From: a virus
Lineage: Duplodnaviria; Caudoviricetes
DNA length: 59,836 nt
Reading direction: 5' to 3' (one strand)
Virus record (IMG/VR): IMGVR_UViG_3300021376_000060
Coordinates: 1 to 59,836 of that record
Shown here: one piece after another, positions 19,495-29,273 of the stretch
How positions within the stretch are numbered: the stretch's first letter is position 1
How the letters are laid out: every line of letters starts with the position of its first letter
Made by a program: the position numbers and the translations under genes
The notes under the pieces: model-generated
Seen by the model: only the letters and a program-made list of their open reading frames with translations
What the model was told of the DNA's origin: nothing
Database searches by the model: none

Positions 19495-19773
19495 TTATCC
19501 TTGATACACTACAGAAGTTGCGTAAATATCATTTCCACTATTAACAGATATAATATTAGTTCTTTCTTTTTTGATTAATAGAAATGATTCGGACGGCATA
19601 TAAACTGTTCCAACAGTGACTCCATCACCAGTTTTTTCAATTATATAGTGATTTCCAGATCCAGTATGTTGAATTAAAACATACTGTGATCCAAGTCCAT
19701 TAATATCTGAAACTGTCGTTCCTATTCCTGATAATTGTTGAGAGTTTCCTAAAATTTTAATAGATCCAGTCAT
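19495..19773 (-). CDS. Small beta-rich hypothetical protein
   Basis: Start at MTGSIK with TAATG coupling; resembles 12452..12718. Confidence 0.7.
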   Translation of the reverse strand: MTGSIKILGNSQQLSGIGTTVSDINGLGSQYVLIQHTGSGNHYIIEKTGDGVTVGTVYMPSESFLLIKKERTNIISVNSGNDIYATSVVYQG

Positions 19774-21296
19774 TAGCAGTTCCAAGCTCTAAGGGACTTA
19801 TTGATTCTGCTATTGGGATCGTTAGCAGTTTTTGAGGAAGTTAATTTCTTCTTCATTCCGGACATCCGGGCACAGAATGATGCCCTGCGGGGATTTCCAA
19901 CCTTCTTACTTGGCGACTTAAGATCAGATCCTGGATTTTCTCTTTCGTAAGATTCGCGTCCTTTTTCATTAAGTCCACCCTCTTTATTCTGACCCTCTTT
20001 ACGAGTCCAAGCAGCTCCTTCAGTATGAACAATTGGTTCGCCTGGTTGATACTCTGATACATGGTATGATTGAACTCTAGATCCAGGATAAACCTTTTCA
20101 ATCTGATCCTGAACATCACTTCTACTTGGAAGAGATACTTGTGGGAAGAACATCTTCAGTGAATAGATCTTACCCTTCCAAGTCAACATTACGTGCATTA
20201 AGTTTCCTGTTTTTGCTGGGACTCTTACTGCTTCATCAAGTTCAACTTCCTCACTTACCGACTTCCAACCACCACCAGCTTTCTTGTATTCTTTTGCTGC
20301 CCAACCATTAGCATAAGCTGAAGGATAAACATCAAACTTTGCTTTTGCTCTGGACTTCATTTTAGACCAGAGAGATGGATTGGTAGGAACATTCTTTTCT
20401 TCAAGATTCTGAAGTTCTTCTTCTCCAGCAATCTGTTCGAGAATCTTTCCAACAATTCCAGTGTGTTCTGGAACGCAGTTAGGAACTTTTTTTCCACCTT
20501 TCTTCTTCATACCAACTTGTTTATATCCAGTCCAGCAAGGATCTTTCTCTTCATTTGCTGGATGAAGTTGTGCGATATCGTATTTCATTTGATTCGTAAT
20601 GATTGATGATGGTAATGAATATAATGCCCAATACTTCGGTCCATATTTACACTCCATTTGAGTTTCATTCTTTTGGCACTTTGGACAAAATCTCTTTTGA
20701 TTTGCTGAGAACATGGGACCATTCCAATCAGGAAGAGCTGATTCGTGAGTTTCTTCTTTGATCTTATTGGATACCATCTTTGGTTTTCCTCCTTTGCCTG
20801 GACGATCTGCTACTGGATCTGATTTTCTTTTTCTTCTTACAGCAGCAGCAATCTCATCCTTGGACATTTTTGCTGCCTTTTCTTTTGAAAGACATTTTGG
20901 TTTACCCTCTCCGGGTTCACGAGCACATTTACCAATTCTTTCTCCTTTAGTATTATAACGATCCCATCCACCACCACCTACACCACCTTCTCCACCAGTT
21001 CCAAACCACTTACGAAGATCTTCATAAGCCATACCTCTTCTAGTATGCTTAATTTCACCTTTTTGTTTTGCGATCAAAGTTTTAGATACCTTTCCAAAGT
21101 CCTTGATTGGATTTTCATCAGGAACTGGTTTTTTGGGATTATCATAAATGTCCACATCCCCATCAGCATCACGATCAACATACTGAACTGATGCGTGATG
21201 AACTAACTGTTTTAAATCCAAGTTGGGATCAAGTTGGTGTTGCTTTTTCCCAAGATGTGGAGTCTTATGGGTAAATTTGGTAAACTGAGATTTCAT
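19773..21296 (-). CDS. Modular basic late protein (C-terminal DUF6321-like module)
   Basis: 507-aa ORF of Lys/Gly/Cys-rich modules ending RRASFCARMSGM...SRINKSLRAWNC; TAAATA at 21321-21326. Confidence 0.75.
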   Translation of the reverse strand: MKSQFTKFTHKTPHLGKKQHQLDPNLDLKQLVHHASVQYVDRDADGDVDIYDNPKKPVPDENPIKDFGKVSKTLIAKQKGEIKHTRRGMAYEDLRKWFGTGGEGGVGGGGWDRYNTKGERIGKCAREPGEGKPKCLSKEKAAKMSKDEIAAAVRRKRKSDPVADRPGKGGKPKMVSNKIKEETHESALPDWNGPMFSANQKRFCPKCQKNETQMECKYGPKYWALYSLPSSIITNQMKYDIAQLHPANEEKDPCWTGYKQVGMKKKGGKKVPNCVPEHTGIVGKILEQIAGEEELQNLEEKNVPTNPSLWSKMKSRAKAKFDVYPSAYANGWAAKEYKKAGGGWKSVSEEVELDEAVRVPAKTGNLMHVMLTWKGKIYSLKMFFPQVSLPSRSDVQDQIEKVYPGSRVQSYHVSEYQPGEPIVHTEGAAWTRKEGQNKEGGLNEKGRESYERENPGSDLKSPSKKVGNPRRASFCARMSGMKKKLTSSKTANDPNSRINKSLRAWNC

Positions 21297-21323
21297 TAAA
21301 AGATATCAAGGATCTTTTTATAT

Positions 21324-21671
21324 TTATGAATCAATAGTTGTTCGGATAATTTTAAAGTTCACTGGAGTTGCCGCCGAAAATGGAGTTGCTAAAAGTCTTA
21401 CATAATTTCCAGAGATGTCACTATCAAATGTTGAAAGAACTCCTCCACTCTTTACAATTGCAAACTCAGTATTGTAAGTAGTGCTACCATCATGAACAAC
21501 TAAAAATTCAGTTGTTTGATAAGACGATCCTTGGTCTATTTGAATCTGATATTTTGCTGATCTGAAAGAACTCTTCAGAAAACTATCCAAAGCAAATTGA
21601 CTTGAAGTTGTTGTTGTAACTCCAGATACATTGATATTGGAAAAGTTTTTTTGACTAATGAGTTTAGGCAT
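21324..21671 (-). CDS. Small virion structural protein resembling a domain repeated in g7
   Basis: FRSAKYQIQI...FLVVHDGSTTYNTEFA matches g7 internal repeats. Confidence 0.7.
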   Translation of the reverse strand: MPKLISQKNFSNINVSGVTTTTSSQFALDSFLKSSFRSAKYQIQIDQGSSYQTTEFLVVHDGSTTYNTEFAIVKSGGVLSTFDSDISGNYVRLLATPFSAATPVNFKIIRTTIDS

Positions 21672-21999
21672 TTGCAGTTTCCAGAATACTTAAGATCAAT
21701 TTGAATGTAGAGTTTGCACTTGCGGAAATAACCACAGAATCACTGGTTTCTAAAACCAACTTACCATCCATTGGCACAAATGCATCATTTGGAGGAACTG
21801 CTACTGCTTTTGCAATTTCTGTAGATGTTGTGCTTCTTTTATGAGAAACAGTCACCGTTTCTGTGGCTGATCCAATATTTGTTACATGGGCATATAACAC
21901 AATAGAAGTATATCCAGTGGGTGCAGTATATACAGTCTGAATACCTGTAGTTACTTCTAGTGTTACTGTTTTGAAATTATTGAGTGATAATTGTGCCAT
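21664..21999 (-). CDS. Small beta-sandwich hypothetical protein, probably fibre-associated
   Basis: 111-aa ORF directly after the fibre gene; VYTAP...KLVLETSD pattern. Confidence 0.7.
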   Translation of the reverse strand: MAQLSLNNFKTVTLEVTTGIQTVYTAPTGYTSIVLYAHVTNIGSATETVTVSHKRSTTSTEIAKAVAVPPNDAFVPMDGKLVLETSDSVVISASANSTFKLILSILETANA

Positions 22000-22000
22000 A

Positions 22001-25000
22001 CTAACTTAATGCTAAGATGAACGGTGTCATTTGATTAAATAAACTTCTTGTAAATGCTCTACCACTAATTGTTCCATTATTTTGGTTAATGATAATGCCA
22101 TCACCAATCCTAAAATTACCTGCTTGATCTGTGCTTGTAAAGACTACTCTTCCACCATTTCTAGATACAACTTCATTTTCCTGAACTGCTACACCACCCC
22201 GTAAAGGAACAGCAGTAGCAATGTCATTACCAGATCCGACATATTCGAATGTATGAGAACTTGCTGTAATTGTGCTTACTTGATAAAAATAAGCAGTGCT
22301 TCCAACACCAATAGTGTTGTTCAGGTTTTCATCTATTGTGATAGTCGTTATTCCAGATACTACTGGAGTTGAACTATTTATTGTATAGTAAACAGGAGAA
22401 ATATTTGCCGAAGCCGTTGCAGTAATTCCAGTATCTGGTGCTGAAATAGTCACAGAAGGTGCTGATGTATATTGAGATCCACTAGAAATAATTGTAATCG
22501 TAGAAACTCTGTCACCATTCAGAGTGGCAAATGCAGTTGCTGTTGATCCATTAGGACCCGATGGCGTTGCTAATGTGACTGATGGTGTTGAAGTATATCC
22601 ACTACCACCATTCGTTACCGTAATACTTTCTACAGTATAATATAAAGTATCAAAATAAAGAACTTGACCTTCATATGGCCTCGTAGTTGTATTAATTGCA
22701 ACGGTAACTCTATCTGTTCCTGCAGATGCACTGGTTGTTACTATTCCTGTAAACTGAAGATCACTAACTCCATCAGCAACTAATCCGTGGGTTCCAAAAT
22801 CTGTATTGCTATTTGTAAGAGAACATTGTCCTCCTTTATATGCAGTAATTCCTTCATTACAGCAAATGGTAAAGACGCTAACTAACTGAGCATAACCGTT
22901 ATTAGTTACTGCAATACCAACTCCACCTTGATTGTATTGAGTGTAACTATCAACAACCATTGATTTCAATCCCTCGGCAAGATTTCCATCGATTCTCATA
23001 CCTGTTCCAGTTGTTGTATTACTGGTGCAGTTTTGAACGTAAGGACTTTCCCAACTACCACCACCAACATTGATAGCACCTGATGATGGGAAAGCAACTG
23101 CGGCACTTGGCGTAACATGTCCAACAAAAGTCATGTTGGCAAGATAAGTTCCTTTGTTGACATGAAAAATATCTTGAGTTGAATTATTTGGAATTACTGT
23201 TACTGTTTTTAAATTATCCCCAACAATAGATACAAAAGCAGGAACTGTTATGGGATTATTTTCGTTATAGGTTCCGGAAAGAACTTTAATAGTAGTTCCT
23301 GTTTGAGCAATTGCTACTGCACCAGCAATTGTTAATTTTGCATTATCTATAGATGTTCCATTTTTACTATCATCACCGTCTTTAGCAACATAAATGACAT
23401 TTGGTGCTGAGTTAATACCAGTGGCACCAGTGTTAATTGTTACATTATCTCCAATAGTAATTGAAGATCCTGTAATGAAAACATCACCAGCACGAATTAT
23501 ATTATTATTACCATCAATTGTTACCGATGCCTTACCTACCGTAAGAATACCAGTAACACGAGCATTACCATCAACATAGAGTGCGGTACTACCGAGTCCA
23601 ACATAAACTGTTCCAACACCACTTAATGTATTAAATGTTGCAACCCCCGCAACCGAAAGATTTTGTTGAACAATTACATCACTTCTTGCAGTAATAATAC
23701 CAACAGAATCAACATTAGTTACATCTTCATAAGTTACAGTTCCAGCTACGGAAACATTACCGGTGAAGAGTGCATCACCTTCTACGTAGAGTTTATAGTT
23801 GGATCTTGCAGTGGTTCCAACACCAACATTCTTTGTGGTATGGATACCTACAGAGTCAACCTGCCAAGTCCCTCCAGCACCAACACTACCACCTATGCTT
23901 TCACTCGCAATGCCAACCCATTGAGATCCATTATAAATTAAAAGTTTCCCATTTCCAGTAGTCTGATCAAAAGAAACATCATCAAGATCCTTAATGAATC
24001 CGGCACCACCACCTCCCATTGTCGAAAGTTGTGTTTGAATTCTATTAATGAAAATTCTATAATGATTTGCAAGATCATCTAATGTTGCAAATTTTTGATC
24101 AAGTGGAGTTAATGGATCTGGTGCAGATCCAATAGATTCTTTCTCTTCTGGTGGTTCTCTTAATATACTTTCTTGTAAATCTTTCTGTTCAGATTTAATT
24201 GTCCTTACAAGATCATAAAGATCTTTGATATCATTTCTTACATGATTAATATCTTCATCATAATACTTAACCTCAGGGAGACTTGAAATTTCCTTCTTTA
24301 AATTTTCAAAATAATCTAAGAGAACCTTATCTGTCTTTATACTGTTCTCGTTAAATTCTTTAAGTTTTTCTTCTAAATTATTCTTGAGAAAATTATACTC
24401 ATTTGTAATTTGTTTTTTTAACTTACGATCATCATCTTTAAACTCTTTATGATATTCCCAAATTTTAAGAGATGATTCTCTAAGTTCTTTCCAAATTCTA
24501 TCTTTTACTTCTTGATATTTTTCATCTATTTCCTTGATTTCGGTTTCAAGTTGAACTTTGGTTTCAAAATGTTTTGTTTCGTTTTCCTCTACAACTTCTC
24601 TTAAGTTGATTTCTACTCTTTCACGAAGAGTTTCGATCGTGTCATTGACCTTAATGAAATCATCATCAATAACACTAAATGTTTTTCCGATCCAAGAGAA
24701 GTCTGGAACTTCATTTACCTCATTTACCCACTTTGGAAAAACAGGAATCTCAGATCTAACTTCTTGAATATCTTTTTGTAATTTTTCAATATCAGAATCA
24801 TAATATTTGACTTCTGGAATAGCAGATGCGATTAACTGAATCGACTCGCAAATATCTTCAAGTTCCTTGTCATAATATTTTATTTCTGGAATATTGGGAA
24901 TACTTTCCCTGACATCATTAATCAGTCGAAGAACTTCATTGAGTTCAAAACTCTTTTCTTCTGGTACGAACTCTTCGTTTAATTCTTGTATTTCGTTTTC

Positions 25001-25129
25001 TTCTTTCTCAATAAAATTTTCAACAGAAGGTAATTCCTGCTCTACCTCTTCTGTTAAAAAATCTTCTACGGAGGGCAAATTGTCATTATTGACAAACTGC
25101 TCAATCGAAGGTAACTCATCCTTTGACAT
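22001..25129 (-). CDS. Coiled-coil plus fibre/beta-helix virion protein
   Basis: Acidic N-terminal half with PE(I/V)KYYD repeats, GGGG hinge, then VGVGTT fibre motifs and a beta-helix start YVAKDGDDSKNG; TAAATA at 25174-25179. Confidence 0.75.
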   Translation of the reverse strand: MSKDELPSIEQFVNNDNLPSVEDFLTEEVEQELPSVENFIEKEENEIQELNEEFVPEEKSFELNEVLRLINDVRESIPNIPEIKYYDKELEDICESIQLIASAIPEVKYYDSDIEKLQKDIQEVRSEIPVFPKWVNEVNEVPDFSWIGKTFSVIDDDFIKVNDTIETLRERVEINLREVVEENETKHFETKVQLETEIKEIDEKYQEVKDRIWKELRESSLKIWEYHKEFKDDDRKLKKQITNEYNFLKNNLEEKLKEFNENSIKTDKVLLDYFENLKKEISSLPEVKYYDEDINHVRNDIKDLYDLVRTIKSEQKDLQESILREPPEEKESIGSAPDPLTPLDQKFATLDDLANHYRIFINRIQTQLSTMGGGGAGFIKDLDDVSFDQTTGNGKLLIYNGSQWVGIASESIGGSVGAGGTWQVDSVGIHTTKNVGVGTTARSNYKLYVEGDALFTGNVSVAGTVTYEDVTNVDSVGIITARSDVIVQQNLSVAGVATFNTLSGVGTVYVGLGSTALYVDGNARVTGILTVGKASVTIDGNNNIIRAGDVFITGSSITIGDNVTINTGATGINSAPNVIYVAKDGDDSKNGTSIDNAKLTIAGAVAIAQTGTTIKVLSGTYNENNPITVPAFVSIVGDNLKTVTVIPNNSTQDIFHVNKGTYLANMTFVGHVTPSAAVAFPSSGAINVGGGSWESPYVQNCTSNTTTGTGMRIDGNLAEGLKSMVVDSYTQYNQGGVGIAVTNNGYAQLVSVFTICCNEGITAYKGGQCSLTNSNTDFGTHGLVADGVSDLQFTGIVTTSASAGTDRVTVAINTTTRPYEGQVLYFDTLYYTVESITVTNGGSGYTSTPSVTLATPSGPNGSTATAFATLNGDRVSTITIISSGSQYTSAPSVTISAPDTGITATASANISPVYYTINSSTPVVSGITTITIDENLNNTIGVGSTAYFYQVSTITASSHTFEYVGSGNDIATAVPLRGGVAVQENEVVSRNGGRVVFTSTDQAGNFRIGDGIIINQNNGTISGRAFTRSLFNQMTPFILALS

Positions 25130-25172
25130 CTTATTAGCAACAATAGTACTTTGGGATTTCTCTCCCTTGGTA

Positions 25173-25604
25173 CTATTTATTATCTTCGGTAAGTCCGTTC
25201 TTTAACAGTTTAGATAACTCTGCCGTAGAACCAACAAAAAGTGCATTCGTGACATTTGTGGGCCCTTTGACTTTTTGTTCGTCAATATCTTTTAACTTCT
25301 TTTGAAGGTCAATAAGTTTATCTGTAGCATCAGCAACATTTTTGATAAGTTGTCCAGCAACTTCATAAGCTCTTGGCATTTCACTTTCTTGAGCAAGTTC
25401 TAAAATACCATTAAGTGCTTCTTGACCTTTTTCAATAATAGAATACAAGTTTCCTCTAGTATATTCGTAATCTTTCTTCAGGTCATTTGAAACAGAGGCT
25501 ATAGATTCTACTTTTTCTTCAATAGATTCTACTTCACGAGAAACTATATCTCCAGCAACATTAAAGGCATCATTCAAATCATCGAATTTTTTTGTCATTT
25601 TCAT
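25173..25604 (-). CDS. g16: Terminase small subunit
   Basis: DYEYTRGNL, PRAYEVAGQLIK, NALFVGSTAEL. Confidence 0.95.
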   Translation of the reverse strand: MKMTKKFDDLNDAFNVAGDIVSREVESIEEKVESIASVSNDLKKDYEYTRGNLYSIIEKGQEALNGILELAQESEMPRAYEVAGQLIKNVADATDKLIDLQKKLKDIDEQKVKGPTNVTNALFVGSTAELSKLLKNGLTEDNK

Positions 25605-25614
25605 ACTCTAACTC

Positions 25615-26610
25615 TTAAAAAGATCCATCAAATCCAAAGTTGTCTCCAATTTTTATTAGTGGAGTATCTGCTGATGTAATCACATTAACATTAGATCCCC
25701 CAACATGATCTGCTGCAGTAGTTTTATCATAAGATCTTTCAACAGCAAGTTTGTTTCCTGACTTATTCGTAACCTTGAAGTTTTCTTCATCGATTACTAG
25801 AATATTAAAGATTGAAATAGATGATGCATTGGCAACTTCTATAGTTGATACTGTCTTATTGATATCACCAACAAGAGTTGTAACTATATTGTTTGTATAG
25901 CTTTTTGTGGCTACAGGATCAACACGATATGTAAGATCTCTCGTGGTGCTTCTCGAATCTCCAGCAACGAATCCAACAGATGTCTTTTTGATGATATCTT
26001 TGGAGACATCGGAAACTGGACCGAACAGGTATGTTTTAGCTACGAACCTTAAAGTGTAAATTAGAGCTCTTCTTTGTGAATAATCCCCCTCATATTCATC
26101 TCTCATTTCAATCCCTTCAAAAATAATTGGAACATCTCTTTTTTCTCCAATTGTATCAACTAAATCTACAGATAAAGTGTAAGCTGGTTGAAAATAAGGA
26201 AGAATTTGTTCAATAATTTGAAGCATATCATCATTCAACTTAGTGTAAATGTTAAGTTCAAATGACATATTGTATGGAACAGGCATATATGTTTTTCTGG
26301 GTTGAGTTTTATCAGAGCTCAATCCAGAAAGAAATGCTTGTGTTGTTGTTACTTTCCTAGATGTATCATAAGTCAAACCGAGAAACTCAAATGACATTCT
26401 TGGCAATGACATTTGAACTGGTTTATTTAAATCTGGGACTTGTTCTAATCTTGCTAGAAACTTTTGTGTTGGACTATAAGCAAGAGGAACTTTCATCATA
26501 CTCACGGTGTTGTTCGAATCATTCGTGTGTTTGATGTTTATATTATTGAATAATGTTCCGAACGAAACAATCGTTCTTCTCAGTATCTCGTGATAAAAAT
26601 ATTCAAACAT
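25615..26610 (-). CDS. g15: Tail sheath stabiliser / terminator
   Basis: FGTLFN, VPLAYSP, LPRMSFE, QILPYFQP; TAAATA at 26633-26638. Confidence 0.94.
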   Translation of the reverse strand: MFEYFYHEILRRTIVSFGTLFNNINIKHTNDSNNTVSMMKVPLAYSPTQKFLARLEQVPDLNKPVQMSLPRMSFEFLGLTYDTSRKVTTTQAFLSGLSSDKTQPRKTYMPVPYNMSFELNIYTKLNDDMLQIIEQILPYFQPAYTLSVDLVDTIGEKRDVPIIFEGIEMRDEYEGDYSQRRALIYTLRFVAKTYLFGPVSDVSKDIIKKTSVGFVAGDSRSTTRDLTYRVDPVATKSYTNNIVTTLVGDINKTVSTIEVANASSISIFNILVIDEENFKVTNKSGNKLAVERSYDKTTAADHVGGSNVNVITSADTPLIKIGDNFGFDGSF

Positions 26611-26635
26611 TTGTCAGGAAAGTATGATATATTAT

Positions 26636-28021
26636 TTATGGGTTTCCGAATGGATTAGTTTCTGAGAAATCAAGTATTAAATCAGCTTTTAGTTCGATAT
26701 TATCATTATCAGCAAAAGGATCTACAAGATTGTCAGTATTAATTAATCTTACCCCATAAGAAGCTCCTGATTTGGATCCAACAAGTATATCACCATTAAC
26801 AAAAGTTCCACTAATATTTGAAACTTCTAATTGACTGGTGACAGAATTCCATTTTTTAACAAGAGCTGTTGTACCACTGATACTACCAGTTACAGTTTCA
26901 TTGTATTTATAACTTCCAGCACCAGATGAATATGGCGATGAAATCGTAACTGTTGGAATTGATGTGTATCCAAGTCCAGCATTAGTGATGTAGATAGCAG
27001 TTACTATTCCAGATGTACTGATATAAGCTCTACCAGTAGCGGTAACTCCAGCTCCAGGTGAACTAAATGTAACCGTTGGTTGAGTTGAATATCCACCTCC
27101 ACCACTAGTAATAGAAACTGGTCCGATTACACCATTACCGATTGTTGTGGTTGCGGCAAATCCAACACCACCTCCTCCAACAACAACCACAGAAGGAGCT
27201 ACAGTGTATCCACATCCAGGATTAATTAATTCAATACCTTGTACCTTGTAATTTTCGGTAACACCATTACAATCTACAAGATCCCCAATCAAAGTTGCAA
27301 TTCCAACAGCTGTGACTCCACCAGCTGGTGCTGATGAAATAGCAACTCTTGGTCTGGATTTATATCCATTACCTCTGTTTGAAATGGTTATGAACCTTAC
27401 TCCGCCAGTTGTACAAATACCACTAACAACTGCTGTAGCTGTTATTCCCAATCCTACCATTGTAAGAGTTTGAATATAACCTTCTTTAGACACATTATCG
27501 TCTATATAATCCACACCAGTATCAACAATTTCATCTTCATATCTAAAGAGTTCGCATCTTAACTCATAAACATAAGTTTTTTGAAGTTGATAAAAAGGTT
27601 TTTCATGTTCAACAAATTTAATCTCAAACAATCTATCTCCAAGAGGAAACCAAATTAAATCTCCTTCTTTTGGTCTCGTAGATAATTTTATATCTGGTAA
27701 ATTCTTTATTAAAGGAGAAATATAAGATTCAAATCTTTCTTTTGATATGATTAAATTTAAATCATTTAATGGTTGTACACCAAACTTTGAAAGAATAGTT
27801 CCCTGACCCTCATATCCATCATAAGTATCCACATAAGCTTCTATTGGATATGCATTATCAAACTTTGATTCTATGACTTCCTTTATTACTTTTCTTTCAG
27901 TCACATACTTTCTAGGCAAATAATAAACTTCAACTCCATACATTCGGAGTTGTTCATTGACTAAACTTTGAATTAATGATTGTTCTGAATTAGAACCTTG
28001 AAGGAAGAATGGATTTAACAT
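26636..28021 (-). CDS. g14: Neck (head completion) protein with Gly/Thr-rich insertion
   Basis: RPKEGDLIWFP, FVEHEKPFYQL, C-terminal DFSETNPFG; start at MLNPFF. Confidence 0.93.
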   Translation of the reverse strand: MLNPFFLQGSNSEQSLIQSLVNEQLRMYGVEVYYLPRKYVTERKVIKEVIESKFDNAYPIEAYVDTYDGYEGQGTILSKFGVQPLNDLNLIISKERFESYISPLIKNLPDIKLSTRPKEGDLIWFPLGDRLFEIKFVEHEKPFYQLQKTYVYELRCELFRYEDEIVDTGVDYIDDNVSKEGYIQTLTMVGLGITATAVVSGICTTGGVRFITISNRGNGYKSRPRVAISSAPAGGVTAVGIATLIGDLVDCNGVTENYKVQGIELINPGCGYTVAPSVVVVGGGGVGFAATTTIGNGVIGPVSITSGGGGYSTQPTVTFSSPGAGVTATGRAYISTSGIVTAIYITNAGLGYTSIPTVTISSPYSSGAGSYKYNETVTGSISGTTALVKKWNSVTSQLEVSNISGTFVNGDILVGSKSGASYGVRLINTDNLVDPFADNDNIELKADLILDFSETNPFGNP

Positions 28022-28022
28022 A

Positions 28023-28862
28023 TCATCCAATCATATCTAAAGGTGGAAGCTCATAAGTGTTGGACATTCTTTCCATGATATCATCAAGTTCTTTTTGAGC
28101 ATCATCGTAAATTTGTCTTCCATTAAGTTCTACACCACCTGGAAGTTTTACACCTTGGAATTTAATTAAATTTTGTCCCCACTGTTTTTTAATCAATGCA
28201 GTCAGATACATCTTCAGGAAAGAGTCATTCCAAACTCTAGAGTAATCACTTGGGTCTAATGTTCGGTAACAATCAATAATTAGATATGTTCCTGCAGTAA
28301 CAGATCCCCAATCTATATCCAAATATAAACGATCTTGTCTTTTATTAAATCTAATCTGTTTTTGTGTTGTAAGTAAAAACTCAATATCTTCAAGATAAGT
28401 TTTTACCATTGCATAAGTGAGGAGTTCAGTAGATCCCCAATAGTAAATATCATTAAGGAACAACTGATATTTCATACTAAACATATTATTTGTGATGGTA
28501 TTAGTTCCATCAAAGTGAAATATTTTATTTACACCGATAACGGAAGGTGGAATTTGTAAATAATTTCCACCTTCATAAAAATTGAATTGAGTAGTCAAAC
28601 CAACATTATTATCAACAGTTATGGTACTAATACCAACTCCACCAGTTGGTCTTGCTCTACCTCTATTAATATCATCAGCGGTAATCTTATACTTCAGGAA
28701 TGTTGGATAAACTCCATCAAAATGTCTTTCTTGAAAAAATTGAATAGCATCATCTACCAAATCTTCGATTTGTTCATCAGCAACGTTAATTTCCAAAACT
28801 GGAGCTCCCAGTTTTCTCTTACAATAATTAATTAATTCTTGCCTAGATGATGGTTGTGCCAT
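28023..28862 (-). CDS. g13: Neck (head-tail adaptor) protein
   Basis: LGAPVLEINV, QWGQNLIKFQGVKLPGGVELNG; TAAATA at 28884-28889. Confidence 0.95.
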   Translation of the reverse strand: MAQPSSRQELINYCKRKLGAPVLEINVADEQIEDLVDDAIQFFQERHFDGVYPTFLKYKITADDINRGRARPTGGVGISTITVDNNVGLTTQFNFYEGGNYLQIPPSVIGVNKIFHFDGTNTITNNMFSMKYQLFLNDIYYWGSTELLTYAMVKTYLEDIEFLLTTQKQIRFNKRQDRLYLDIDWGSVTAGTYLIIDCYRTLDPSDYSRVWNDSFLKMYLTALIKKQWGQNLIKFQGVKLPGGVELNGRQIYDDAQKELDDIMERMSNTYELPPLDMIG

Positions 28863-28886
28863 TTATCCAATTACCCCTCAAGGTAT

Positions 28887-29273
28887 TTATGGTGCTGATG
28901 ATATTCCAGGAATTACTAAAACGTTTCCACTTGCAATCCTGTAAATTGTAGATCCTGAACTTACGAGAATGTCATAGACATATCTTCCTTCAGTTAATGA
29001 TCTTGTTGCAGTTGAACCTAGAGAAATATCAAACTTTCCTCCAATGGCACTTGTGAATCCTACCGCAAAAGTCGCTGCAGCATAAGAAGAAGATCCAATA
29101 GAAACACTCTTAGCCATCTGTGAGGATCCAGTCCAACCATTAAAATTGAAAGCAGATCCTGATGTAGTTTTTACAGTAAAACTATCCTTGAAAGTTGATC
29201 CAGTGTTGATGACAAGATTTGCGCCATATGCAACACCTGCTGTTGGATCAAAAGTGATTGTGTGAGAAGCCAT
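28887..29273 (-). CDS. Hypothetical virion structural protein
   Basis: 128 aa with GRYVYDI motif, located just before g13. Confidence 0.7.
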   Translation of the reverse strand: MASHTITFDPTAGVAYGANLVINTGSTFKDSFTVKTTSGSAFNFNGWTGSSQMAKSVSIGSSSYAAATFAVGFTSAIGGKFDISLGSTATRSLTEGRYVYDILVSSGSTIYRIASGNVLVIPGISSAP

